From Paraspadella gotoi (Eukaryota; Animalia; Chaetognatha): a stretch of 64,000 nucleotides of DNA. The stretch covers positions 19,540,307 through 19,604,306 of the forward strand of contig CM119267.1 in assembly GCA_051294375.1 (NCBI GenBank), in the 5' to 3' direction. Shown in pieces: positions 36,313-48,199 of the stretch. Within the stretch, counting starts at the first letter, position 1, and every line of letters starts with the position of its first letter. The notes below the pieces were generated by a model. It ran no database searches and was not told the DNA's origin. It saw nothing but the letters and a program-made list of their open reading frames with translations. The position numbers and the translations under genes are program-made.

Positions 36313-39207
36313 TAATAAATCACACTAATATAATATTAATTAATAAAATAATAATTAATTAATATAAATAATAATATAATAACAATAATAATAATAATAA
36401 TATAATAATAATATAACAATACATTTACATAAAAAATTTAAATTTCGAAACAACGCTTAATTCATTAAATTTTCAATTTAAAATAATTTTTAAGATATTT
36501 CTATATTATTATTTTGTCAAAAGTGGAATGGGAGGCCCTAAACCACCAAAGCCTATTTACAAAGTCCAGAGGCAAATAGCTTACTATTAAACAATCATAA
36601 TTTTTATATTGGTGTACCCAATTCAATTAATAATTTTGACATTTGAAGCCGGGCCCCCAAAACTTAACGATTAACACATCAAAACCTCCACTGCCCACTG
36701 GCATCGTCGACCTTCCTCTACCCCCCTAAAAAAAAATCTACAGTCAGAATTTCTTGTGTATTGAAAAAAAAAATATTGACTATAAAAATTTTTCCCCAAC
36801 TTTTTTTTCCCTTCTCCGTATATAAACCGATTCATCCGGTCGCACGTCTCGGACGAAATGACGAATGCCTTAAAAGTAGCATAGTTGTTTATCTGTCGTC
36901 GGTCGTCGTCGTCGTCGTCGTCGTCGTCGGCTTTCCCCCAAGTCGTTCGAAAACGATGGGGTGAGGGGAGTTGGCCGGCGGCGTCGCCGAGGGGCCCGGG
37001 GGCGGGGCACGGGCGGCGGGCGACGGCCGGCGGCGGCGGCGGCATCACGTTTTAAAAGTTTTGAAAAATGAGGGAAAAAGGCGACGACAAAGCGAATGCG
37101 CACGGACGAAATCGTCGCCGACGACGAAGAGACGACGACGACGACAAATATAAAACAACAACTACGACGACGGAACCAAGTCGCGAAGACATCTACGAGA
37201 ACGACCGACAACGACCAATGGCGACGACGACAACTGCGACGACGACAATAGCGGCGGGAGACGACGACGACCGTCTCGCGAGAACCGGAAATCCACGAGA
37301 GAAAGCGTGACGCGTAATAAATGCCTTCGCTGGGAAGATGATGATGATGATGATTGATGATGATGATGATGATTGATGATGATGATTGATGATGATGATG
37401 CATGATGATGTGATGATGACAATTCTGACGATAATGTATGATGATAATAACAATTATTGAAGACGAGATATATTTGACGATTGAGATGATGATAATTCTG
37501 ATTGATGATTTTTTGATATAAAGGTTTATATTTCTAATTGATTCTAAAAGCATTAAGAATTATTATAATGTTATAATCATTAAAAACAAGCTGATCTCTT
37601 GGGTCGCCGTCTCGAGTTTTGATTCCGTGGGCGTAAATGAGAGAATTTAAGATGAGGAAGGCGCCTTTTGTTTATAAAACTGGGATTTAATTAAATGAAA
37701 TCAAATTGTATTTATACTTTTTCACCGTGGAGACCGAGAAGCTTGAGCGTCTACCAGGCTGTGGCTAGAGTTTAACGGGCGAAGAAGTTGTGAGGTACAT
37801 TTGTTTGAAGGGGACTGACGTGGAAATGCGGAAAGCTAGCGTGTCGAACATGAAGACGGAAACATGACGCCCGCAGATTCCTGAAGCCGCCCTACGCCAC
37901 CGACCCCGAGCCGGACATCGTTCAAGGACTCCTGAAGCCGCCCGACACTATACTTACGCCGTCCGACGCCGCCCCGACGCCGCCCGCAGATACCTGAAGC
38001 CACCGATGCCGCCCGCAGACTCCCGACGCCGCTCCGACGGCCGCCCGACGCCGCCCGCTTAACGAGTATCGGCGACGCTACCGACGCCTGCGAGCCGAGC
38101 CAGATTAATGCGAACCATCGCTCAATGGTTTTTTTTAATACGGACGCGATTTGTATTTATTGCGATCGGGGCGTGGGCAGCGTGGGGAGGTGGAAGGTTG
38201 GTGGTTGTAATGGGGTGGGGAGCGTGGAAATTGAAGTAAAATATAGAGTTGGGGAGGAAATGGTGGAAAAGAAGGTGGATGGTGGACTGAAGGGTGTTAA
38301 AGTGGAAAGTGAAAGGGATGTGCGGAAATGGAGTGAGTGTGGAAAGTGGGTAACGTGAGCGTGGGGCTGGGGAAAGGGAAAGGTGAAAAGATTGTGGTGG
38401 GACGTAGTGAAGGGTGGTAAAGTGGAAAGGTGAAAGGGGGTTGTGAATGGGTGAAGATTGGGAAAGTGGGAAAGTTGGAAAATAGAAGTGGAATTGGAGT
38501 GGAAAAAGGATAACGTGAGCGATCGGCTGGAAAGATGGGAAAAGGGATGTGGAAAAGGGATGTGGGAATTAGGGGAAGTATATAAGTAGAAAAAGTGGTG
38601 GCGGCGTGTGTAAATTGTAACAAGGCGGGAGTGAATGCCAGTGAAGATGGTGAGGTGAAATGGCGCGAGTCTCTCGCGCGAAAAAAAAATGATGTGAGGC
38701 TGAATTGGAACATAAAGCGCAGGAGCGCGTGGACGTACGTCTTATTTTTTTTAATTTTTATTAAAATTACGGTAGTAAAGGCGAAGTCGATACGAGAATA
38801 TGTTATTCTTCTTATTCGTTTTTATTTGTGATTCTTTTACGTGGAAAGTATTTGCCATTCTAGTGACATTAGGTCAGTTCTATAGTGATCAGACTGAAAT
38901 TTCGTAACAATAATAATAGTATTAAGCTTAAGAAATAATAGTAACAATAATAGTAATTTAAGTTTTTACCGCTTTCGAAGAAGCGCAGCGACCTTTGTGT
39001 GGTTACTTTCATGGTTTTCCTCTGTTTTATGGGTAAAAATGATGAATATCTTAGCGAGACAGGGTGGCAGAGAGAAAAGTTAGAGAGAGAGAAAGTGGAG
39101 AGAGAGAGGGGGGGGAACTCTTCGGTTGTTGCCTCATGGCACCGGGTTCGTCAACAGAAGAAGAACGCTAAAACGCGTGTAGTTTGAGAAAAAAAAAACG
39201 AGAAATT

Positions 39208-39249
<42 letters not shown>

Positions 39250-41792
39250 ACGAGGAGAGAGACGACGAGAGAGAGAGGAGAGAGAGAGGAGAGGAGAGAG
39301 AGAGATATTCCACCCATGGTTAGAGAAAAAGACCATTGAAAAAAGTGAAGTTCGAACGAGGAGAGCGAAGGAGAGAGAGCGAAGGAGAGAGAGCGAAAGA
39401 GACTGCGAAAGAGAGAGAAGAGAGAGGAGAGGAGAGAGAGAAGAGAGAAAGATGGAGAGAGAGAGAGAGAAGGAGAGAGCTGAGAAGAGAGAGAAAGAGA
39501 GAAGAGAATCTCATTTCTTACTCTCGTGACTTTTGAGAAATAGGGCAGACGCTGAAGTCGAAAAGCTTGGCCGAAAGCGAAAGGAAAAACTAGACCGAGC
39601 GGCCCGCCGGGGATCGGAGCAGCGCCGCGGACCCGATGCGGCCGCCGGGGACCTCGCAACCGGCGAAGGGAACGAGCACTGCGTGCCCGGGCGGATTTAT
39701 TTCCGGTGCAGTCCGTTGGGAATTTCGCGTAGGAGAAATTCAAAACCGTGGACGAAAAAATTGAACCAACTCGATGAAATACCGTTTGTAGATAACATTA
39801 ATTCTAGGAGTTTAAACATAAAAAGAACATATTTCAAAATCTATTTTCAAGTTTAGTTCGAAGAGCGGTTTAACAAAATGTATAATTTTCTAAGGCTTCC
39901 AAAATGTATTTAAATTGCAAAAAGGGAAAATGGCCTTTATTTTTATGTCATTTTTTTGCCCTTTTCCTTTGTAATTTACCGTATTTTCCATTTTCTATCG
40001 TTGTTTTATTAATCCAAACTATTTTTAACAAATTCTTAACAAATTCTCAACAATTTTTTTTCCTCTCTCTTTCTCTTCCACTTCCTCCTCCCCTCTCCCT
40101 CGTCCCGCCCCCCCCAACCATTTTTTCCACTCCAACCTCTTCGCCGCTCATCATTTCCTAAGCGTCCCTTAACAAACCTTGTATTCTCACGACTCTGGAT
40201 GACGGTAGACGACGACGAACATCCGGAGGGCGCGGCCACCTGATTAGTTGCGGTTTTCCTGAAGTCATGACCGTTGTTGACGAAGAGTCCCGGGTTCGAA
40301 TCCGGAACACGACGGATGAAACGGCCGGCTATTTCGAGCTTACAACCCCGCGTATACATTAACATTAACATTGCATTACATTAAATTGCATACGCTTACG
40401 AAAGCAGGCAATTTGCGCCAGTTGAAAATGATACTGAATTGGACCATGTACACGAAATTGCAGAAAGAGGTCGGATACTGACAACGCGAGGATCGATTGA
40501 CAACTGACAAACGAGGATCGCATGACCAACTTGACAACGAGGATCGATGACAACTGACATACCGAGTATCGATGACATCGACACGAGATCTGATGACAAC
40601 TACAACGAGAAGGATCGAGACAACTGACAACGAGGATCGATGCAACTGACAAGAGGATCGATGACAACTGACAACGAGGATCCGGATGACAACTGACAAC
40701 GAGGATCGAATGACAACGACCACAATCTAACGACAGATTGATTTGTGAAAACTCGGCCAACCTTCGCCCCAATCGGATTTGACTGGAATTAATTCGATGG
40801 ATCGGAAATTTTAAGGAGAAAAGACGCGGATTACTTGAAGCGCAAATCAATGAGGACGAACGTGACTCGCGGATCAGATGAACGACTTTAACGCTCTTGA
40901 GATGAATGAGGTCATACGATCAGGACGTTGAGAGCGAACGCACCTTTACCATTTTCTAATCTTCTGATTCTTTGTTGACTCTAAAAGATCGAGTGATTAT
41001 TTCAAGGATTATTCGAGTCGTGTTGGCGTGAGAGATATCGTTCTCATTGCCTTGTGAAAGTGATAGGAATGATGTGATGAATGATGATGGGTTAGTGATT
41101 AGAAAAATGGAAATCCTAAAGAAACAAGTGCGAACTGCGGACGCATTTGTAACTTTTCATAGAAAAAAGGAATGCCGTCTGGCGAAATTTTGATTAAATT
41201 ACAATTTTTTTTATAGTTTTCTTACGTGTTTTTCGATCGAATTGGCATTAACCGTCCTTTCATCGTTATTTCGGAATTAGTCGTCAAATGATTCCTTCCT
41301 GGCCAAATGTAATTCTCGGCCAAAAAGAGAAAATTTCAGATATCTTCCTAAATTAAGATCGAACGAAGACGGAGATGACGACGACGACGACGACGACGCG
41401 ACCAACCCCCGTTTAACTCCGAGTCCTTAACGATCCAAGCGACAAGTAACGATGTACAGGAACTTATCTTTTTCCTTTCCTTTCTCCCCGAGGGCGGGGA
41501 AAACGTTTTCGCTTGTTCCCGGTTACCATGAGTATGTTTTACCAAAAAACACTTTTTTTATTTTTCCTTTGAGGTCCTCGCTTTTTTCGTCAAATGATTG
41601 AGCGTTTAATGGGACGTGACATCGCGGTCCAAAAGAAGGGCGGCGATAGAGGGGGGGCGTTTAGGAAGGGGGCGGGGTGATTGGAAGCGAGCTGGAAAAA
41701 AAAAGGGGATGAAGCATGGGGCGAGCGTCGATTGGGCGGAGAAAAGGGCGGGAAAGTGGGCCAAGGCGAAGCAAAAGAGAGAGAGAGAGAGT

Positions 41793-41831
<39 letters not shown>

Positions 41832-42080
41832 GAGGGAGAGAGAGAGATGTTGCAGCTTCCGATTCCTGCCTCGACTGACAGATGCTCTTTTTATTTTCTC
41901 CCTCTCTCTCTCTTTCTCTCTCTCTTTTCTCACCTCTCTCTCCCCCTCTCTCTCTTCCTCTATCTCTCTCTCTCTGGATCCTTCTCTTTCTTCTCTCTCT
42001 CTCTCACACTTTTTCTCCTTCTACCTATCGCCAACTGAGCAATAATAAAATCATTGCATTGGTTCAAGACCATCATCGTT
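35787..42080 (+). repeat. Copy 2 of ~6 kb tandem duplication (insertion-rich, probable raw long-read fill)
   Basis: About 5% longer than copy 1 through scattered 1-bp insertions; ends shortly before the 25-N gap at 42218-42242. Confidence 0.95.
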
Positions 42081-42675
42081 TTTACAAAGAATTCCATGGG
42101 AGAGGAGAGAGAGATGGAGAGAGGAGAAGAGAGAGAGAGAGCAGAGAGAGAAAGAGAGATGAGAGAGAGAGATGAGAGAGAGAGCTGAGAGAGATGAGAA
42201 AGAAAGGAGAGAAGCCTNNNNNNNNNNNNNNNNNNNNNNNNNAAATCTCTCTTTTTTTTAATATTTGATTTATTACGCTATAAAATTTATTCTTCTATAA
42301 AAATACAATATTACGAAAAACGAAATGTGAAATTGTAAAAGACAGAAAGAAAGCCATCATAAAAAAAAAACCAGAAAAACCGACAGTCAGCAAAACAGCA
42401 AAGACAGAGAGACAGAAAAAAAGATAGCCGAAGCCATATTCAATTATCCCATCGCGTCTTTGGCGGGAAAAAAACTAATCTCGTCGTTCTTCGTCGCCAA
42501 GGCAACGAAGCAGCAATCGATGGAAGTAAGAAAATTAAGCCGAAGCATCCGCTAGACTTCAAAGGGACCACGTTTCCCCCGGAATTCTACTCTTTTTTTC
42601 TTTTCTTTTTTCTTTTTTGCCTCCCCGACCCCAATAGGGTCCCTAGTTTATTTCCTTTTTTATCCCTTTTCCTTT

Positions 42676-43002
42676 TAAGTCACTTTTCGGTCGGTCTGTC
42701 GGTCGGTCGGTCGATCGGTATGTCTGTCCCACTTACATTTAAAATGCATATAATTTGCCTATAGTTGTTTGCTCATTTGTTAAGATAGAAAAAAACCTCA
42801 AATCTAAGGGACTGCTAGCGCCGCCTTCAGAAATCCTTAAAACTATAAAGAAAGACGGAATTTTGATGCAGTGCATGTCATAACTACACGGGCTAAGAAA
42901 TTTATTGTAGTCATGTCACGTTATGGATTGTCAGGTCACGAAAAATACATGTGATAAGGCAGTCACTGCGGAGCAACACCTTGGAATTACCGTTCTTGTT
43001 TT
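42676..43002 (+). mobile_element. HINE-like element, 5'-truncated copy
   Basis: TAAGTCACTTTTCGG, (GGTC)n, same core, GCAGTCACTGCGGAGCAAC, ends CTTGTTTT. Confidence 0.7.
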
Positions 43003-44011
43003 CTTTTCTTTTTTTCCTTTTTCTCTCCCTTTATTTTCGTTTGTTTTTTTCTTCTTTTTTGGTTCCTTGACTTCGTTTTCTTTTTATTTCTCATTGACTT
43101 TTTTGTTTCCTTTTTCTTTTTTTTTCCATTTTTCTCTTTTTCATTTCATTACTTGTATATTCGCTTCGTTTCCCTTTTATTTATTTTTCTTTCTTTTATC
43201 TTCCTTTGTACTGATATGTTGTTCTACAGATTTTCCTTTATCATTCTTTGTTCCCTTTTCCTTTTCCCTTTTTCCCCCCTTTTTCATTTCTTTTCCTTTC
43301 CATTCTTTACTTTTTCCACTTTTTTTTCACTTTTAAAATCTTTTTCCCTTCCATTTTTACATATTCCACCCTTCATTTCTTTTCTTTTCCTACCTTCCCT
43401 TTCCACTTTTTTCCTCTAATTTTTCCACTACTTTTCGACTACTTTTCCACTGCTTTTCCACTTTGAAACTCTCCTTTCTTTTCTCTCCCAACTATTTTTT
43501 TCTTTGTCTCCCTTTTTAAGGTTATTTTTCTTCGATAAATTGAATCTCGCTAATCTGTTAATTTATCATGGAAGGAGACCGGAACGCGAAGATAGATTTT
43601 AAATAACCCGCCAGTCGCCATTTTTAATTTTACTACGAGGAGAAAAAAAAATCGAGATTTCACGAGATTAAAACGGAGAATTTACAACCAAAAAAAAAAA
43701 CCAAAACCTGAAAGGTGAATTGCGAACGGGGAAAAGTGAATGCAGGGCGCCAAGAAAGCCCAAAAAAAAAGGCGTACGTTCACGAAGATTTTTGAATATC
43801 CTTCCACCGTGATTTCTATGAATGGAAAAGCTCAAAAGGTCAAGAGACGAAAGGAAAGGTCAGGCGTTATNNNNNNNNNNTGAATTCTATGAATGGAAAA
43901 GCTCAAAAGGTCAAGAGACGAAATGAAAAGGTCAGGCGTTATCCGATTTGGGGTCAAGCGGATGAGNNNNNNNNNNNNNNNNNNNNNNNNNAAGAAGAGG
44001 ATTTCTCTCCA

Positions 44012-44830
44012 GGCACGACGAATAATGAAGTGAAACCAAGAGACAAATGGCGAACCAACGAAGACTTTTTTCTCTTCATTGATTCTTACCACACTGTGAG
44101 ATAAATCCATGCGGAGGCGTCTGCCTTTCTCGGAGGACGTCTCCTCTGCACACTCTTCTCATCTTCTCTCTCATCGCCCTCTCTCTCTCTCTCTCCTCTC
44201 TCTCTGCCAGCGACGACGATAATGAAGTGAATCAAGAGACAAATGGCTGAAACCAACGAAGGACTTTTTCTCGTTCATTGATTTCTTACAACGTGAGATG
44301 ATCCAGCGAGGCGTCTGCCTTCTTTGGGTAAAAGCGACGTCTACTCTCTCATCACAACTCGTCTCTCTCTCTCTCTCTCTCCTGCTCTCTCTCTCTCTCT
44401 CTCCTCTCTCTCCAGCGAGACGATAATGAAGTGAAAACCAAGAGACAAATGGCGAAACCAACGAGACTTTTCTCTCATTGATTCTTACAACGTGGAGAGT
44501 AATCCAGCGGAGGCGTCCTGCCTTCTCGGAGCGACGTCCCTTCTCTCCTCACATCTCTCTCATCTCTCTCTCTCATCACCTCTCCTCTCGTCTCTCTCTC
44601 CTCTGCTCTCTCTCTCTCTCTCTCTCTCTCCAGCGACGAACGAATAATGAAGTGAAACCAAGAGACAAATGGCCCGAAACCACGAAGACTTTTTTCTCTT
44701 CATTGATTCGTTACAACGTGAGATAAAATCCAGCCGGAGGCGTCCGCCTTCTCGGAGCGAGCGTCTCTCTCTCTCTCTCTCTCGTCTCCCTCTCGTCTCT
44801 CCTCTCTCTTCTCTTCTCTCTCTCTCTTCC
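44012..44830 (+). repeat. ~200 bp tandem repeat x4 with embedded (CT)n; inverted partial unit at 44932-45037
   Basis: ATAATGAAGTGAAACCAAGAGACAAATGGC...CATTGATTCTTACAACGTGAGAT recurs at ~44022, 44219, 44423 and 44644. Confidence 0.9.
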
Positions 44831-45428
44831 CACGCAGGCGGGACGTAAGAAATATGAAAGAAATGTAATCTCATTTTTTAATCATTTATGTTAACGAAAA
44901 TTCAGACCGGAGTCGGGGACTCGTGACCCGATGAGAGAGAGAGAGAGAGAGAGACGTCGCTCCCGAGAAGGCAGACGCCTCCGCTGGATTTATCTCACGT
45001 TGTAAGAATCAATGAAGAGAAAAAAGTCTTCGTTGGTNNNNNNNNNNNNNNNNNNNNNNNNNNNNNNNNNNNNNNNNNNNNNNNNNNNNNNNNNNNNNNN
45101 NNNNNNNNNNNNNNNNNNNNNNNNNNNNNNNNNNNNNNNNNNNNNNNNNNNNNNNNNNNNNNNNNNNNNNNNNNNNNNNNNNNNNNNNNNNNNNNNNNNN
45201 NNNNNNNNNNNNNNNNNNNNNNNNNNNNNNNNNNNNNNNNNNNNNNNNNNNNNNNNNNNNNNNNNNNNNNNNNNNNNNNNNNNNNNNNNNNNNNNNNNNN
45301 NNNNNNNNNNNNNNNNNNNNNNNNNNNNNNNNNNNNNNNNNNNNNNNNNNNNNNNNNNNNNNNNNNNNNNNNNNNNNNNNNNNNNNNNNNNNNNNNNNNN
45401 NNNNNNNNNNNNNNNNNNNNNNNNNNNN

Positions 45429-45461
<33 letters not shown>

Positions 45462-45726
45462 CTTCTCGCGGCTTTTAATCTCTTTCCTTATCTTTTTCTC
45501 TACCAATTTTTTTTTATTCTCACGTTATATCCGGTTTTCCAGCCATTTCTTTTTTTCTCTCTTTTTTTTCAATTTTTCTTTCTTTTTCTATTTTTTCTCT
45601 TTCTCTTTCTCTTTCTCTTTCTCTCTTTCTTTCATTTGCCTTTTTTCCTTTGTTTTCTTCTTTCTAACTTTCGTTCCCTTTTTTATTCCTTTATTTCCCA
45701 CTGTTTGTTTCCATTACTTTGTATCG

Positions 45727-45761
<35 letters not shown>

Positions 45762-46259
45762 CTCGTTCCCCCAATCCTTTTCCAACGCTTTTATATCCTT
45801 CATGGTTTTATTATGATTAGATCTCCTTCTTTTTATTTCTTTCTTTCACACTTTTTTTTCCCTTTTTTCACCCATTGACTCTTTTCTCTGGTTCTCGGAT
45901 TCAGTTCAATTTGTTAAGATGTTTTTCTTTCTTTTTAAAAAACTAAATCTTTTACAACAACATAATCCCTACCCGGCTTAACCCTCCCCGGGCTCTCCCC
46001 TCCCATCATCTCCGTCCCCCAACTGTTTCCCTTCTGTTTTTTTCCGACTGCGGCTGTATTTTTGTGATTCCAATTTTCAGATCCTCATTAGTTATAAACT
46101 TGAAACCACCGGAGTGGTGTTGAGTTTTTCTTTTCTTTTTTTCTTTTCTTTTTTTTTTTTTACTTTTCTTTTTTTCTTCTCTTTGGTTTCTCAAAGTCAT
46201 TTCTATTCTTTGTTTATCTTTTATTATGTTTTCTTCGTTCGTAGAATTTTGGATGATGG

Positions 46260-46309
<50 letters not shown>

Positions 46310-46742
46310 TCTCTCTCTCTCTCGTTCTCCGCTGTCTCCGCTCTCTCGCGAAAGAGAAGAGGTTCATTAAACAACCAAAAAAAAAACAGTAATAACGACT
46401 CCGAAAACTAATTACGTCTCCCGCTTATTATTTTGTTCGTTGCTAGCTAAGCGACAGATCGCCCGTCACCGTCATATATCTACTTTATTCGTCTGAAAAT
46501 TTCTTTCTCCTTTTCTCTGTCCTAGAAAGCCAACGCCCCCTTTTGTTTATTACCTTTTCTTCTTTCTTTTTCTTATCTTCGTCTAATTTCTCCTTCTTTT
46601 TCTTCTTCTTATTTTTCTGCTTCTTCTTCTTCCTCTCTCTATTCCCACTCTCTATCATTACTGAAAATCTGATCTTGATTTCCGACTTTTTCGGGACGTT
46701 TGCTCCGCTTTGCTATCTCTTTCTCTTTCTATCTCTCTCTTT

Positions 46743-46793
<51 letters not shown>

Positions 46794-46958
46794 CTCTCTC
46801 TCTCTCGTCCTCTCTCTCTCTCTTCTCTCTCTCTTCTCTCTCTCTCTCTCTCTCTCTCTATCCCTGCCGCTACGGAGATCTCCCGGGTTTTTGAACGGCC
46901 GAACGCTTTCCCTTTAAGCCGCAGACCAAGGCTTTCTTCCATTAGGTAGGCCCATAAT

Positions 46959-47024
<66 letters not shown>

Positions 47025-48078
47025 CTGACTCTCTCGACTTGTTTCATTTTCTCATTGGTTTTAGTATTTCTCCTTTTTCTATCTCTTTTTTTTTTTTTGC
47101 TCTCTCTCTCACCTCTCTCTCTTTCTCTCTTTCTCTTCTCTTCACTCCTGCTCTCTCTATTTCCTTTCTACCTCTCTGTCTCTTTCTTCGTCTCTCTCTC
47201 TCTCTCTCATTACCATTCTTTTCTCTATCTTTCACTCTCTCTTATTCTCTTTTCTTTTGTCTTTTTCTCTCTCTCTCCTCTCCCTCTCTTTCCCATTCGT
47301 TGCCGTTCTTTCCCTCATTTTACTTCTTGTCTCTCTCTCTCTTTATCTTTTTCACTTCTTTTTATGTATTTCTCTTTTCTTTCTGTCTCTGTCTCTCTCC
47401 TTTCCTCGCGCCACCGACGAAACAGCCATGGGGCGGCCACACCCCTTCCGGTTCCACGGCATTAGACGAGAGAGGAAAAAGGTTGCTTAAACAGAGGAAG
47501 ATGACGATTCCGACAACGACGACGACGACGACGATATGGACGGTGATGTCCTGACCGGTCTCTGACTGAGATTGCCCACGAATCTCCAGAGGAAAAATAA
47601 TTCGATCAAACTCTGTGAAACGTTTCAAGTGACACACGATATCATCAAAGTCTAAAATTTTAACTGTATGCGAGTATTTTCGAGATTAAAAAATTCTAGC
47701 GAGATTGCATAACAGGACCGAGAAATGAGAATTTAATTCTAGAACTTCCGTCAGTGCGCACTTTCCTCGGATTCCAAAAATATCTTTTAATTTTGTACAA
47801 AATGAGTTTTTAATTAATTTTAATCTAGAATTTAATAGCAATTAAGAGTTCAGGATTTTAATTAAGAAACGGAAATTGAAATTTCTTTTTTTGAACATTC
47901 AATTATTTTTACCAAAATGACAGACAAAAAAAAATCATATTTAAAACGGAAAAAAAAGGTAAATTTCTCCATTCATTATTTTTAAAATCATAAATTTTAA
48001 ACTAAAGAAGGCTAACAATCAATTCCGAGCAAACAAGTGAGCAATCTCGACCGCAAAGCAAAACCTTTGACTCGCATC

Positions 48079-48199
48079 ATGCCGTTCCAACTCCTCGTCC
48101 TCCTGATCTCCAACGGCCTCGCGGTGGCCGATCTGGCGACGGACCTTCACGTCATGATCAAGTATCTCTCCTCCTCCTATTTGGTCTTCAACGTCTTAG
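48079..48199 (+). CDS. XK-related protein exon 1 (MPFQLLVLLISNGLAVADLATDLHVMIKYLSSSYLVFNVL)
   Basis: ATG at 48079 follows an in-frame TAA at 48013; donor TTAG|GTAGGG at 48200; hydrophobic helix with the D-x3-D motif. Confidence 0.75.

Noticed and set aside
43810-43941. 60-bp direct repeat flanking a 10-N gap
   Set aside because: Unmerged contig overlap across a negative gap.
47428-47565. Stop-codon reassignment suggested by in-frame TAA in MGRPHP...KKVA*TEEDDD... and at 22318
   Set aside because: The 838-codon XK gene has no internal TAA or TAG; both cases lie in low-complexity, unverified frames.
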